A stretch of 64,000 nucleotides of DNA from Trichormus sp. ATA11-4-KO1 (GTDB lineage Bacteria > Cyanobacteriota > Cyanobacteriia > Cyanobacteriales > Nostocaceae): positions 288,001 through 352,000 of the forward strand of contig JAHHIM010000055.1 in the NCBI GenBank assembly GCA_019358915.1, in the 5' to 3' direction. A program made the translations under genes and the position numbers. Numbering within the stretch: the stretch's first letter is position 1; every line of letters starts with the position of its first letter. Positions 20,280-30,968 of this stretch are shown here, one piece after another. The notes beneath the pieces were generated by a model. The model saw only the letters and a program-made list of their open reading frames with translations, was not told where the DNA came from and searched no databases.

Positions 20280-21854
20280 ATGAATACAGCTAATTTCCCG
20301 TGGCTGACGACGATTATTTTGTTACCGATAGCCGCGTCGCTACTGATTCCCATCATCCCAGATAAAGACGGCAAAACAGTGCGCTGGTATTCCCTGATTG
20401 TAGGGTTAATAGATTTTGCACTAATTGTTTACGCTTTTTATACTGGTTACGATTTTTCCAATCCAGATTTGCAGCTAGTGGAGAGTTACCCTTGGGTACC
20501 ACAACTGGATTTGAATTGGTCGGTAGGGGCAGATGGCTTGTCTATGCCCCTGATTATTTTGACTGGATTTATTACCACGCTGGCGATTTTAGCAGCTTGG
20601 CCGGTGACGCTCAAACCCCGGCTATTTTATTTCTTGATTCTGGCAATGTATGGCGGTCAGATTGCCGTGTTTGCTGTCCAGGATATGCTGTTATTTTTCC
20701 TGGTGTGGGAACTGGAACTGGTACCGATATACTTTCTACTGTCGATTTGGGGAGGTAAAAAGCGGCAATACGCAGCAACCAAATTTATTTTATACACTGC
20801 TGGTGGGTCGCTGTTTATTTTGCTGTCTGCCCTGACCATGGGATTTTACGGCGATACGGTGACTTTCGATATGCGATCGCTCGCCCTGAAAGATTTCGCC
20901 TTAAACTTTCAACTTTTGCTTTATGCTGGGTTCTTGATCGCCTATGCCGTCAAATTGCCGATCATACCCTTGCATACTTGGCTACCTGATGCCCACGGTG
21001 AAGCTACAGCCCCTGTGCATATGTTACTAGCAGGCATTCTGCTGAAAATGGGCGGTTATGCCTTAATTCGCATGAATGCCCAAATGCTTCCCGATGCTCA
21101 TGCTTATTTTGCACCTGTGTTGGTGGTTTTGGGGGTAGTTAATATCATCTACGCCGCCCTGACATCTTTTGCCCAGCGTAACCTCAAACGAAAAATTGCT
21201 TACTCCTCGATTTCCCACATGGGTTTTGTCACTATTGGGATTGCCTCGTTCACAGATTTGGGATTGAGTGGGGCAGTACTGCAAATGGTTTCCCACGGGT
21301 TAATTGGGGCGAGTTTATTCTTCCTTGTAGGCGCGACTTATGACCGGACACACACCCTGATGTTGGATGAAATGGGCGGTGTCGGCAAGAGGATGAAAAA
21401 GATTTTTGCTATGTTTACCGCTTGTTCAATGGCTTCTTTGGCATTGCCAGGTATGAGTGGTTTTGTAGCAGAGTTAATGGTGTTTGTTGGCTTTGCTACC
21501 AGCGATGCTTATAGCTCCACCTTTAAAGTTATTGTCGTGTTCTTAATGGCAGTTGGGGTAATTTTAACTCCGATTTATTTGCTGTCTATGTTGCGGGAAA
21601 TCTTCTACGGTGAAGAAAACAAAGAATTAGTTTCCCATCAGGCCTTGATAGATGCAGAACCCCGTGAAGTTTTTATCATTGCTTGTTTGTTGGTGCCAAT
21701 TATTGGTATTGGTTTCTATCCCAAGTTACTGACTCAAATGTATGACGCAACAACAGTGCAGTTAACGGCACGACTACGTGATTCTGTGCCGACTTTAGCA
21801 CAGCAAAAAGAAGCACCAAAGGTTTCTTTTAGTGCCCCAGAAATTGCTAATTAG
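20280..21854 (+). CDS. ndhD1: NAD(P)H-quinone oxidoreductase subunit 4 (NdhD1)
   Basis: [49 protein letters not shown]; follows ndhF1. Confidence 0.95.
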   Translation: MNTANFPWLTTIILLPIAASLLIPIIPDKDGKTVRWYSLIVGLIDFALIVYAFYTGYDFSNPDLQLVESYPWVPQLDLNWSVGADGLSMPLIILTGFITTLAILAAWPVTLKPRLFYFLILAMYGGQIAVFAVQDMLLFFLVWELELVPIYFLLSIWGGKKRQYAATKFILYTAGGSLFILLSALTMGFYGDTVTFDMRSLALKDFALNFQLLLYAGFLIAYAVKLPIIPLHTWLPDAHGEATAPVHMLLAGILLKMGGYALIRMNAQMLPDAHAYFAPVLVVLGVVNIIYAALTSFAQRNLKRKIAYSSISHMGFVTIGIASFTDLGLSGAVLQMVSHGLIGASLFFLVGATYDRTHTLMLDEMGGVGKRMKKIFAMFTACSMASLALPGMSGFVAELMVFVGFATSDAYSSTFKVIVVFLMAVGVILTPIYLLSMLREIFYGEENKELVSHQALIDAEPREVFIIACLLVPIIGIGFYPKLLTQMYDATTVQLTARLRDSVPTLAQQKEAPKVSFSAPEIAN

Positions 21855-21888
21855 GTAGCGATTGATAGTTTAAATTAATATTACTTTT

Positions 21889-21917
21889 AGGGTGGGTTTT
21901 GTGCCCGCTCTTTTTTT
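21889..21917 (+). terminator. Intrinsic terminator after ndhD1
   Basis: AGGGTGGG-loop-CCCGCTCT followed by a T run. Confidence 0.7.
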
Positions 21918-21924
21918 GTAAATT

Positions 21925-22371
21925 TTACAAAATATCTCGTAACTTTCTTCTCTCTGCATCCTCAGCGTCTCTGCGGTTCGTTTCCAACCAATGGAGAATT
22001 TCACTAGATAGTTCCTGTTTCGTTCTACTACTCACATCAATACAAACGTGCCTAGTAATTGCCTTAGCAACCACCACATTAGCTATTATTATTTCATAAG
22101 TAATTTCAAACTTATTAATACTTAGTTGTTGGGGAATTAAACTAATCACCAAATTGTCCCCACAGAACATTGGCCGAAAAAAATCCACATTAGCATGAAT
22201 AATAGGAAAAGCTACAGATGGATTAGTAAAAAAATCTTTGCGATTAATACCCGATGATGCTAGGGATTCTTCATAAGCTTCATGACAAATACCTAAAACA
22301 TTAGCAAAATAAACTACTCCAGCAGCATCTGTATCTTGAAAATAAACAGTACGGTTATAAGTAAAAGACAT
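21925..22371 (-). CDS. menI: 1,4-dihydroxy-2-naphthoyl-CoA hydrolase (hotdog thioesterase)
   Basis: [43 protein letters not shown]. Confidence 0.8.
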   Translation of the reverse strand: MSFTYNRTVYFQDTDAAGVVYFANVLGICHEAYEESLASSGINRKDFFTNPSVAFPIIHANVDFFRPMFCGDNLVISLIPQQLSINKFEITYEIIIANVVVAKAITRHVCIDVSSRTKQELSSEILHWLETNRRDAEDAERRKLRDIL

Positions 22372-22414
22372 TTATTAAAAAAATTAAAAAATAGACAATT
22401 GGGCAAATAGAATA

Positions 22415-22531
22415 AAGCCTCCAGCACGTTATGGCTAAAGCCACGCTTGATAACACACGCTTGATGAAACAGCTATGCTTATTGCTTATTGTCTGTGTAG
22501 CCGCGTACAGCCTAGCGGCATCCGGAGGCTC
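22415..22531. repeat. Composite hairpin/short dispersed repeat element
   Basis: AGCCTCC...GGAGGCT outer arms; internal CACGCTTGAT x2 and TGCTTAT x2. Confidence 0.45.
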
Positions 22532-22578
22532 TTTTCTCATCGTCAGGGCTGAGTAAGATTTTACTTTACTAACTAATT

Positions 22579-23667
22579 TTATTTTAAAGGTTGGTATATA
22601 TCCTCAGAACTGGGGTTGAGGTAGGGACGCTGCAAATCAATGAAATGACGTGCAAAGTGTTGGTCAATCACCCTCATCCGCTCTTCCATTGCATTCTTAC
22701 CTTTTTGCCAAGCTTCCAACAAAGCATTAGCGACAATTTGGCAACGGTTCATGCCAAAACTTTCCTGTGCCGCAAATTTTTGGGTTGGTTCTTCGGCTAA
22801 ACCTAGCCCTGGTGCTAAAAACTTGGTGAACAGAGGTATTTCTACTCGAAAATGAGATTGATGCTCATGATAAACAGCCTGAAGGATTTTGCGAATTGCT
22901 GGATAGTCCTGGCGTTCAAAGTAGAGTAATCCTGAGTCATAGCGTCCGTATGCAGCAGGATTGTAAAGAACCTGAAAAGTGAAAGGAATGTTAGCTGCAT
23001 TTAGGTGCTGCGTCAGTCCATCCATGAGGGCGATCGCACCAGATGATGTGAAATTAAAATAGATTCTTCCTGTGCCCAAATCAGCATCTGGGTTACCCTG
23101 CTTTTCCTGTCCCACATTGCTTACTGCTAAGTAACAGCCTTTTTGCAGGCGATTTTTAGGCATCCAAATAGCTACTGATTCCCCTACTTTGGCAGATTTT
23201 TGACCAGGTTTAAGATGACATTCAGGCTCAATATACAATGTCAAACCACCTTTAGTTACTGCCATACTCCCATCTGGTTCTAGACGCAATACCTGCCAAC
23301 TAGGGTCAAAATAACCTGTACCATAATTGCTAGCTTGTAGTTGTTCGTAAAATTCCCAATCGACATCCAAAACAGAATTATTTTCTACATTTTGGTATGG
23401 CGAGCAATTAGCAGTTTGGGTATTGACTGCTAAAACGCTTTGCAAAGAACCATTGTAATAGATACCGTAAAGGAAATTTCGCAGTAGTAAGGTGAGATAT
23501 TTATGCTGTAGTGCCGCAGAATTTTGCTGAAATCTGTCTGCTACTTTAGTCGGCAGAGCAAAAGGTTGATAATTGGGATGGTAAATACAAAAGTTTGACT
23601 CGATCTGGATATTACCAGCAATGTCGAGCAGGGAAGTTAGCAGTGGATTGGTAGAAGAATCTAGCAT
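22579..23667 (-). CDS. HopA1-family protein (LanY/phospho-Ser/Thr lyase-like)
   Basis: GYFDPSWQV, RIYFN, RYDSGLLYF, PLFTKFLAPGLGLAEEP, ESFGMNRCQIVA. Confidence 0.8.
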   Translation of the reverse strand: MLDSSTNPLLTSLLDIAGNIQIESNFCIYHPNYQPFALPTKVADRFQQNSAALQHKYLTLLLRNFLYGIYYNGSLQSVLAVNTQTANCSPYQNVENNSVLDVDWEFYEQLQASNYGTGYFDPSWQVLRLEPDGSMAVTKGGLTLYIEPECHLKPGQKSAKVGESVAIWMPKNRLQKGCYLAVSNVGQEKQGNPDADLGTGRIYFNFTSSGAIALMDGLTQHLNAANIPFTFQVLYNPAAYGRYDSGLLYFERQDYPAIRKILQAVYHEHQSHFRVEIPLFTKFLAPGLGLAEEPTQKFAAQESFGMNRCQIVANALLEAWQKGKNAMEERMRVIDQHFARHFIDLQRPYLNPSSEDIYQPLK

Positions 23668-23728
23668 TTATCAAAATTTACAATTAATCATTAGAATTAA
23701 ACAAACACTGCGCCACAACTTTCCTGGC

Positions 23729-24967
23729 TTAACAACCCCGCAGACGAGTTTTTTCGTAGTATAGACGAATTAATTGCTGCTCTTTTTCTGGTTGTGGGAG
23801 TTTATGGATTTTTACCAAAGGGTTGAGAATTTCTGACTCAGAAACACCAAAGATACTTAATACAGATATTTCGGGTATAGTGAGTAGATTTTTAGCAATC
23901 TGAAGCATACAAATGTCAGCATTACTAAAATATTTGCGACAGGTAATCGTTTCTTGAATTTGATGAATCAGTGCTAGACCTGTAAACTGAATTACCCGCA
24001 CCAGAAAGTCACTACGGTACTCCAAAATCATGGGAAAGGCATTGAGATAAGCCCGAATTAAAGCTAATAATGAAGGTTGAAGCAGCTCTAGGGGTGTCAT
24101 TGCTAGACACAAAGATTCTTCTATCTCAATGGCGGGATCTACTACAAGGCTAGAAAGCCAAACCCCTAAATAACTTGCTATGAGAGTTCCCAAATCAAAA
24201 GCTGGATCTCCCCAAGCACATGCTTCCCAATCAATCAAACGCACCAAGCAATTGTCTAGTTGATGCCAACGAGAATGAATTAAAATGTTATTTAATTTCA
24301 GGTCGTTGTGAGTCAAGCAGCAAGGTTGCCATTCATATGCCAAATCAGCGATCGCAGATTCTAAACTCTCATAACGCTGATAAAGTACGTAGAATTTCAG
24401 CGCCTCAGTGGGAACTGTACCAAAAATCTCTGGGCTAATTGAGCCGATCCCTTGTGCCGGATTATAAAAGCTATAGCGAAACTGTCCTTGTGGCGCAGTT
24501 GCCATAAAGTTACGATATTCTCGGTGTTGGAAGGTGGCACGATGTAGTCCTGCTAAGGTACTGCCAATGGCTGTAGCAATCTCTGCTGGGAAAACATTGT
24601 TGTGGTGATAGAATCCACCCAAATCCAAATATTCGCTTAAATAGTTGCGGACAAGGATAGAATTTTCCTCGTCAAAATTTAGTACTAATGGTGCGATCGC
24701 CGAAATGTTGCCTAGAACTGGAAACTGCTGAAGCAATTGGTGAAACAGCCACTCATTAAAAAACTCATAAGGGGTTTCATTATTCTCAATATTACGTTTT
24801 TGTTTAACCAGCAGTTTGCGATTACCTGCTAGAGTCACCAGTAAATTGAAATTATTCTTGCTACTTTCCAGCAACTCATATTCGTGTGATGCTCCATCTT
24901 CTGAGCTACACAGACCTGTCTCTTGCAGATACTGGATAACGTTGTGAGAAGACAGTGGTAATAACAT
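23729..24967 (-). CDS. APH-family phosphotransferase (LanK-like kinase)
   Basis: LLVKQ, LAGLH, HNDLKLNNILI, IDWE, WGDPAFDLG. Confidence 0.85.
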   Translation of the reverse strand: MLLPLSSHNVIQYLQETGLCSSEDGASHEYELLESSKNNFNLLVTLAGNRKLLVKQKRNIENNETPYEFFNEWLFHQLLQQFPVLGNISAIAPLVLNFDEENSILVRNYLSEYLDLGGFYHHNNVFPAEIATAIGSTLAGLHRATFQHREYRNFMATAPQGQFRYSFYNPAQGIGSISPEIFGTVPTEALKFYVLYQRYESLESAIADLAYEWQPCCLTHNDLKLNNILIHSRWHQLDNCLVRLIDWEACAWGDPAFDLGTLIASYLGVWLSSLVVDPAIEIEESLCLAMTPLELLQPSLLALIRAYLNAFPMILEYRSDFLVRVIQFTGLALIHQIQETITCRKYFSNADICMLQIAKNLLTIPEISVLSIFGVSESEILNPLVKIHKLPQPEKEQQLIRLYYEKTRLRGC

Positions 24968-26223
24968 GTATTATGTCCTACTTCGTAAAATTGCTGAGAA
25001 AATCACCATTATTTGAGATTGATTTAGCTTTAGCAGTTTTGGTAGACAGCAACAAGTGGGCGAATGTCAATTACGTTTACTCCAATCTATTCATATCTCA
25101 TTTGTCAGATAAAAACCTGCCAAGATGGCAAGATCAGTTTGATTTTTACTTTAAATTCTGCGGCTAATCACATCAAATCTTTAAACTTAATTTATTCACT
25201 TACTTCGAGATATTTGGAGTTTTTTAGTTGGGGCATTTTACAGATTGCTATCTCATATTTTTGAGTAATTAAGAATAGTTTATCTTTCTGTTAGGTTATA
25301 TTTATAACTTAGGGTTATCAGTATCAAGTAAAAAGCTGAATGCATAACTATTGTTAGCAAATAAGCTGTATACAAGATAGTTTTACCTGGGAATCTAGGT
25401 TACTGTTAGTTATCCTTGATATAAATTTTGGTAGTTTACGCAACATTGTTTTTTATCTTGATCAAGAACAATTGAACTACAAAGTTTAACTGTTTTTTAG
25501 ATTCAGCAAGCTTGCTTCATTAGCTAAATAAACAGCAAAAAACTACCTAGATATAACTGTTCTGGGATGCTAAATATTCGTTACTCTTGATAGAATGTTA
25601 ATAAATGCAGTATGATTAACAATTCAGATCATTTTGAGTAAGGCTTCCCATTAGCCAAAGATATTCTCGACGAGTAGGGGAGAATTTCTGAAAGCCTCAA
25701 CACCGTAAAAAATACACACAACCTTATTTTTATTTATCATCACAACTTCAAAAAAACCGGATGTTTTAGGCAAGAAAATATTAATTTTTTTTGATTAGAT
25801 ATTAATGATTTATACTTATAGCCTCGCTAGCATGTCACTGGGAATACCCACATTATGTAAGCAGGTTGTAGCCAGCAAATTACAGCTTTCCCTCAGGAGG
25901 CTTTAGCTGAGGACTTCCACATAAAAAACTTTCTGTTGCTGTGGAAGCAAGGGATGCAGAGCTAAATGAGTCACGAACAATAAAAATGCCCAACTTCTTG
26001 TAGACAACCCGTAGGGTAGAAGTCAGGTGTCTGAGCCTCTGGCTATTTGCCAATCACATAGGATTGCTATAGTAATTTGTGATACACAGGCTTCTTTCAT
26101 CGCTTGTGATGTGACAAAGCTAACGCTATGGTAATATAAATGTACTATAAAAGTTCAGCAAAAACTGGGAGGGTGATCTATGAAATAACTGTAAGAGGAT
26201 AATTGTGATCTTTTGGTAACTAG

Positions 26224-26526
26224 TTAATTCAGCATTAAAGTCAGTGCCAACATACCCAAAATCACCATCAATCCCGCAGGCATAAATTTACGTGTTTTAG
26301 CTAATCTAAACGTAAAGAAAAGGACTAAAATAGCCGTAACTAAAACTGCTAAAGTCAAAGCCCAGGCTTGACCTTGGAGTTGAAAGTAAGCGGCAAAAAT
26401 TAGTAGTAAACCGCTAACCATACCACTTAGAAGCGAAACTTGACTCTTAGCCTGAATGTAGCCGATGATGCCACCAATAATCGCTAAAATACCGTAGGTA
26501 AGAGCAGCAGTAATACTTAAATTCAT
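26224..26526 (-). CDS. TMEM14 family membrane protein
   Basis: YGILAIIGGIIGYIQAKSQVSLLSG...RLAKTRKFMPAG. Confidence 0.88.
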   Translation of the reverse strand: MNLSITAALTYGILAIIGGIIGYIQAKSQVSLLSGMVSGLLLIFAAYFQLQGQAWALTLAVLVTAILVLFFTFRLAKTRKFMPAGLMVILGMLALTLMLN

Positions 26527-26610
26527 TGTTAAAACCTATGTAGATTTTGATTTTGCTACCAGGGTCAGCAGACAATTTACCATAGCTGTTTAGCTACATC
26601 ACCCAGTTGA

Positions 26611-27966
26611 TTGATGGATAATCAAGCGATGCCAACAGCAAGTAGTTCATCTTATAGCCATACCCAGATTCAATTTCTTCAGCGTCAAGCAGCCTCACTA
26701 TTACTGTACCAATCCGTCCTCCAGAGTGAAGTGGGGATCGCATTTCTTGACCTGTTGCAAGCGATACGTTACACTGATGCCGATGCACGGGGTTGCCTCC
26801 AAGCCTATGGATATTACTTTTACGCCTTAGCTGCTAGAAATCAAAATTGGGAAGAGCACCTAATTACTCAAATTCTCGTCTCTGAGAATCCTTTTAGCAG
26901 GCTTGCTCAACAGCAAGATTTTGAGGATTTACCCCTGGCTTTATTAGCAGCCACTGAGCATGATTTACAGGTGTTGCAAAGTCTCTATGAATGTAGCAGT
27001 GCTTCTTTGAGTGAGTGGGTACAAACTGTAGCTCATTTGCCAGTTTCGCCTGTTGTGTGGTATGAAGAGCAAAATCTCAAGATAGAGACAAAGTTAATCA
27101 TGTCTCTACAAAAGTTAGAAAATTGGGCTGATGCTGTAGAAGAGTTGGCAGCTTATTATCGGCAATTTGGCACAGGTTTATTTGCACAATATCATGCCTT
27201 GCGCTGGCAAGATGGGAAGTTTGTTGGCATCCGGTATCATGATCCAGTCAGGCTAGATACTCTAGTCGGTTACGAGTCTCAGCAAGATACTTTAATCAAA
27301 AATACAGAGTTTTTATTATCAGGAGAGGTGGCACTGCACATATTACTTTACGGTAGTCGGGGATCGGGAAAATCTTCTTTAGTCAAAGCTTTATTGAATG
27401 AGTATGGCGATCGCCACCTCCGCTTATTGGAAGTGACAAAATCTGACTTGCAGGATCTACCAAAAATTGTGGAACAGCTGCGAGGAGTACCACAAAAATT
27501 TATTATCTTCGTTGATGATCTTTCCTTTGAAGAAGATGATGATGCTTTTAAAGCCCTAAAAGTAGTTTTAGAAGGTAATTTAACGGCGCGGCCACACAAC
27601 GTAGTCGTATACGCCACTTCCAATCGTCGCCACTTGATTCGCGAATTTTTTGCCGATAGACCCACTCCCAAAGATCACGAAGAAATCCATGCCTGGGATA
27701 CGATGCAGGAGAAACTTTCGTTTAGCGATCGCTTTGGTCTTACCTTAACTTTTGAAGCAGCCGATCAGAAAACTTATTTAAAAATTGTCCGACATCTAGC
27801 AGCACAAGCCAAAATTAATATTAGCCAGGACGATTTAGAATATCAAGCATTACAGTGGGCAACTCGTCACAATGGTCGTTCCGGACGCACAGCCCAGCAG
27901 TTCGTGGATTTTCTCAAAGCAGATTTTGCATTTAATAATGCAAATAAAAAATCATCCCACACGTAG
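26611..27966 (+). CDS. DUF815 family AAA+ ATPase
   Basis: GSRGSGKSS, IIFVDDLSFE, YATSNRRHL, EKLSFSDRFGL, RSGRTAQQF. Confidence 0.88.
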   Translation: MMDNQAMPTASSSSYSHTQIQFLQRQAASLLLYQSVLQSEVGIAFLDLLQAIRYTDADARGCLQAYGYYFYALAARNQNWEEHLITQILVSENPFSRLAQQQDFEDLPLALLAATEHDLQVLQSLYECSSASLSEWVQTVAHLPVSPVVWYEEQNLKIETKLIMSLQKLENWADAVEELAAYYRQFGTGLFAQYHALRWQDGKFVGIRYHDPVRLDTLVGYESQQDTLIKNTEFLLSGEVALHILLYGSRGSGKSSLVKALLNEYGDRHLRLLEVTKSDLQDLPKIVEQLRGVPQKFIIFVDDLSFEEDDDAFKALKVVLEGNLTARPHNVVVYATSNRRHLIREFFADRPTPKDHEEIHAWDTMQEKLSFSDRFGLTLTFEAADQKTYLKIVRHLAAQAKINISQDDLEYQALQWATRHNGRSGRTAQQFVDFLKADFAFNNANKKSSHT

Positions 27967-28071
27967 TTGTGAAATCAATTTACTAGTGATGTTTATTTTC
28001 GATTACTTACAGAAAACTATTATGTATAAATACTTACAACTGAATATTTCAGAACAACAGTGTGAGAATTA

Positions 28072-29412
28072 ATGAACTTAAGAACTACTTATTTCGATAA
28101 CTCAACTACGCTAAAAAAAACCAATATGCAATCAGCAATGGTCAGCAATCGATATATTTTAGGCATAGTTGCCTTTAGTGTAAGTTTTGGTATTAGTCTC
28201 GTCCCCAACTGGGATTTTAATCAAGCCTTGATCACAGGCATAATTACTACACTTGCTACTTACGCAGCAGCATTGTTTATAGATAAGCGTCGCAGAAACT
28301 ATGAATTGCTTGTTTTAGGTTCACTCCGCAAGCGAATCAAAGATATGGAAGGATTAAAGTCTCGTATTGTCAAAGAAATCAACCAAATAGAAGAGCATCG
28401 CAATTTATTATACGCAGAAGCAAGAAAACTGGAAAATCAAATTTTAGAATGTCGTAATCAACGAGATATTCTCCATCGAGACTTAGGCACATTTGCTGGA
28501 CAAAAAAAGCAGTTAGAAGCCGAAACCATTAGCCTGAATACCGAAATTGCTACGCTAGCACAAAGTAAAGCAGAACTGGATCATTCTTTCTCTCACCTCA
28601 CAGGAGAGAAACGCCGTCTGGAGTTGCAGTGTAATGTATGCCGCTCGGAAATTGCTCAATTGCAAAATCAAATTTGTGAACTGCAACAAGAAAAACAAGA
28701 ACTTGAAAGTAGTTTAACTCTGTTAGGTAGACTCAAACCTCAATTGGAAGAAAAAATGTATGAATTACGAATCAATATTCAAGAAATAGAAACCGAGGTC
28801 AATCAGCAAAATAAATTATTGGTATCCACGAAGTATGAAACAGAAAATTTAGCAGATAATCTCAAGAAATTACAAACTCAAATAACAGAAAAAGAATCAG
28901 AATTAAAACAGATAGAAAGTCAAGTTTCGTTGTTGCAAGATGAACGAGACTTGTTACAAAACCAAGTATGGGAATTACTTCAACAAACAGAAACACTCAA
29001 TCCAGAACTGCTGCCTGAAAATTTGCACGAAGATGAAAACGAATCGTTTCCTTTTTCAGAATTAGTTGACCCCTTAGAATCAATAGGCACGACATCTAAT
29101 ATATCTAGTTTTTTACCTGAGGAATGGAATGAGTTTTTGGCAAAACTACCAAGGCATGAAATTCAGGTATTAAAAGCCATTGTAGAGCAAGATCATCCCC
29201 AGGCAATTATTAAACAAATTGCCGAAGCAAATATTACCATGCCAAATCTATTAATTGATTCTATAAATGAACGCGCCAATGATACTATTGGTGAATTAAT
29301 TATTGCATCTAATTTGGAAATTCCAGAAGTATATCAAGAGCATGTAGTCAACGTCAGAAAAATGCTGGCTATGCATCAAGATATCATAATTAGACAAGCC
29401 TCATCAAATTAA
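28072..29412 (+). CDS. Membrane-anchored coiled-coil protein with TerB C-terminal (TerB-C) domain; SngA-like
   Basis: Two N-terminal TM helices, long heptad coiled coil, C-terminal MPNLLIDSINERANDTIGELII; start may be 28126. Confidence 0.75.
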   Translation: MNLRTTYFDNSTTLKKTNMQSAMVSNRYILGIVAFSVSFGISLVPNWDFNQALITGIITTLATYAAALFIDKRRRNYELLVLGSLRKRIKDMEGLKSRIVKEINQIEEHRNLLYAEARKLENQILECRNQRDILHRDLGTFAGQKKQLEAETISLNTEIATLAQSKAELDHSFSHLTGEKRRLELQCNVCRSEIAQLQNQICELQQEKQELESSLTLLGRLKPQLEEKMYELRINIQEIETEVNQQNKLLVSTKYETENLADNLKKLQTQITEKESELKQIESQVSLLQDERDLLQNQVWELLQQTETLNPELLPENLHEDENESFPFSELVDPLESIGTTSNISSFLPEEWNEFLAKLPRHEIQVLKAIVEQDHPQAIIKQIAEANITMPNLLIDSINERANDTIGELIIASNLEIPEVYQEHVVNVRKMLAMHQDIIIRQASSN

Positions 29413-29489
29413 AATTATTTAGTAATTAGGTGTATATCCAATCTACTGAATATATGCCTCTGCATTAAAAATCCAATGAAGTAAATTAC

Positions 29490-30815
29490 ATGCCTAAGCT
29501 CAAAATCTCGAAAAAAATTTCCACTGCTTTAATTAAATCCTTAGGCGCAGGAGTAGTACCGAGGATAGGAGTTGAGCATATTGCAGTTGGTCGAGAACAA
29601 GAACTTAAAAGCCTATTACAAAATCTTGATGAGATAGCAGAAGGTGTAGCAGCATTTCGCTTTATAATTGGTAACTATGGCTCAGGCAAAAGCTTCATTC
29701 TACAACTAGTCCGTAACCGAGCGATGGAGCAAGGTTTTGTTGTGGCTGATGCTGATTTATCTTCTGAACGCCGATTAGCCGGAACCAACAATGAAGGTTT
29801 AGCAACTTATCGAGAATTAATGAGCCACCTGGCTACAAAAACTCGCCCTGACGGTGGTGCTTTAGTTGCAATTTTGGAAGGTTGGATTAATAAAATTCAA
29901 CAAGAAGTAGTGAAAGAAACAAACTTGCGCCCCAATGACGATGGTTTCGATGACCAAGTTGAAGCAAAAATTAGGGAAGTTGTTCAGTATATTGAAGATT
30001 TAGTGCATGGCTTTGATTTTGGCAGTGTTATCATTGCTTACTGGCGTGGCTATCGGTTGGATAATGATGATTTAAAAAATGCGGCTATGCGTTGGTTACG
30101 TGGAGAATTCAGCACTAAGATTGAGGCCAAAGCAGCATTAGGAGTACGCGTTATTATTGATGATGATAGTTGGTATGACTATATCAAGCTATTTGCTAAG
30201 TTTATAGCAGAGATTGGCTATAAAGGACTCTTAGTTTTAGTTGATGAAGCCGTAAATTTATATCAAATATCCACTACAGTAACGCGTGAAAAGAATTATA
30301 ACAGATTACTAGCAATGTTTAATGACACCATGCAATGCAAAGCTGAACATCTTGGCATTTTCATCGGTGGAACAACCAAATTTTTAGAAGACCCCAACCG
30401 GGGACTGTTTGCAGATCAGGCGTGGCGAAGACGTACAAAAGAAAGCCGTTTTGTCACACAGTCTGGTCTTCAGGAATATTTGGGGCCAGTCATTAGGTTG
30501 AACCCGTTGAGTGAAGCAGAAATCCTCACACTGCTGCAAAACTTAACTGAAATTCATGCACTCAATTTCAGTTATGAAAAGACTTTAACGAATCGTGAGT
30601 TGCAACAATTTGTACAAGAAATCGTCAATCGCTTAGGTGCAGAAGCATTACTCACACCAGGGGAAATCGTTCGTGATTTTATTAGTGTGCTGAATATTCT
30701 CCAGCAAAATCCAGGAATTGCTTTTAGTGAACTAATTCATGATTCTCAATTTAAACCTACAGCTATGAGGAAGGATATAGATGAGGATGATAATGCAGCA
30801 GAATTTAGCTTGTGA
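29490..30815 (+). CDS. DUF2791 / BrxC-BrxD-like P-loop ATPase; SngB-like
   Basis: LGAGVVPRIG..IAVGR, GNYGSGKS, ADLSSERRL, LRGEF, GYKGLLVLVDEAVNLY, TPGEIVRDFI. Confidence 0.85.
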   Translation: MPKLKISKKISTALIKSLGAGVVPRIGVEHIAVGREQELKSLLQNLDEIAEGVAAFRFIIGNYGSGKSFILQLVRNRAMEQGFVVADADLSSERRLAGTNNEGLATYRELMSHLATKTRPDGGALVAILEGWINKIQQEVVKETNLRPNDDGFDDQVEAKIREVVQYIEDLVHGFDFGSVIIAYWRGYRLDNDDLKNAAMRWLRGEFSTKIEAKAALGVRVIIDDDSWYDYIKLFAKFIAEIGYKGLLVLVDEAVNLYQISTTVTREKNYNRLLAMFNDTMQCKAEHLGIFIGGTTKFLEDPNRGLFADQAWRRRTKESRFVTQSGLQEYLGPVIRLNPLSEAEILTLLQNLTEIHALNFSYEKTLTNRELQQFVQEIVNRLGAEALLTPGEIVRDFISVLNILQQNPGIAFSELIHDSQFKPTAMRKDIDEDDNAAEFSL

Positions 30816-30968
30816 TTAAGTAGCATTAATAAACGAACCGCAAAGGACACAAAGATCACAAAGTAATAAGAAAAATTAAGAATGAGTTCAACTATCAAAA
30901 TTAGATTGATTTTTTGTTTTTTAAGTAAGCTAATAGACTCAATATTTTAAGACAGTTTAATTAACAGC

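Noticed and set aside
22355..22540. 61-aa ORF downstream of HopA1 as a precursor peptide
   Set aside because: Runs through a composite repeat/hairpin and overlaps the menI start; no precursor-like architecture.
24978..25070. 30-codon TTG ORF (LTFAHLLLSTKTAKAKSISNNGDFLSNFTK) just upstream of the APH kinase as a RiPP precursor
   Set aside because: No acidic leader, no Cys, no Ser/Thr-dense core; likely a chance ORF, though not fully excluded.
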